24,000 nucleotides of DNA from Alphaproteobacteria bacterium (lineage in GTDB: Bacteria; Pseudomonadota; Alphaproteobacteria; Bin65), in NCBI GenBank assembly GCA_036555425.1, contig DATBLL010000084.1, positions 34,316-58,315 of the forward strand. Reading direction: 5' to 3'. The translations under genes and the position numbers were made by a program. This document shows positions 23,722-24,000 of the stretch, piece after piece (the first letter of the stretch is position 1; each line of letters begins with the position of its first letter). The notes below the pieces were generated by a model that saw nothing but the letters and a program-made list of their open reading frames with translations, had not been told where the DNA came from and searched no databases.

Positions 23722-24000
23722 TTACGCCGCGATCCCGACCTGGGAGAGGATGAAGGCGTAGTCGAACGCGGTTTCGCGCAGCGCGTCGTAGCGGCCGGAG
23801 GCGCCGCCGTGGCCGGCGTCCATGTTCGTCTTCAAGAGCAGCATGTTGTCATTGGTCTTCATCGCCCGTAGCTTCGCCACCCACTTCGCGGGCTCCCAAT
23901 ACTGGACCTGCGAATCGTGGAGCCCCGTCGTGACGAGCAGGTTCGGATACTCCTTCGCCTCCACGTTGTCGTACGGCGAATACGAGAGCATGTAATCGTA
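23722..24000 (-). CDS. ptrB: oligopeptidase B (S9 prolyl oligopeptidase family), C-terminal part; the 5' end lies beyond the window
   Basis: [70 protein letters not shown] closely resembles the C-terminus of E. coli PtrB, including the catalytic Asp and His region. The frame stays open to base 24000. Confidence 0.92.
   Translation of the reverse strand, partial: YDYMLSYSPYDNVEAKEYPNLLVTTGLHDSQVQYWEPAKWVAKLRAMKTNDNMLLLKTNMDAGHGGASGRYDALRETAFDYAFILSQVGIAA

Noticed and set aside
1-24000. Mobile elements, CRISPR arrays, tRNA/rRNA genes, prophage or integrase signatures
   Set aside because: I saw no arrays of regularly spaced repeats, no transposase- or integrase-like ORFs, and no tRNA-like sequences. 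The only repeats are the short ones reported above.

Overview
High-GC chromosomal segment that looks alphaproteobacterial (Hyphomicrobiales-like; this is inferred from protein similarity only). It is densely coding, with about 27 protein genes. I saw no rRNA, tRNA, CRISPR array, transposase or integrase. Left to right: sdhA (3' part) and sdhB. Then a small orphan ORF and a patatin-like phospholipase, both preceded by an unusual AT-rich ATTGC-motif cluster. Then a long ArsR-type regulator divergent from a DUF1127 small protein plus an EamA/DMT permease, a short hypothetical, and a PhyH/EctD-like Fe(II)/2-oxoglutarate dioxygenase. A same-strand five-gene block follows: two secreted DUF4189 paralogs, one SAF-domain NAD-binding dehydrogenase, and two tandem YgfF-like SDRs. 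Then TerC-family protein, UspA and ZapE; a convergent flavin reductase and P-loop ATPase; a class II aldolase; and a SYLF-like lipoprotein. Next is an arsenic cluster (arsR, arsI, arsC, aqpS and an MFS exporter), then ggt, a 541-aa orphan protein with no motif I recognise, and the 3' end of ptrB. Most of the window is ordinary core or metabolic content, and I cannot point to a clearly novel multi-gene system. The items most worth a second look are: the ATTGC operator-like cluster shared by the small ORF and the patatin gene; a 117-bp iterated inverted repeat at 3158-3274 with degenerate echoes near 23663-23722; the DUF4189/SAF/SDR block; the architecture of the ars cluster; and the 541-aa orphan. 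The ORF track uses GTG as well as ATG starts. It also contains many long GC-driven shadow or chimeric ORFs, which I rejected.
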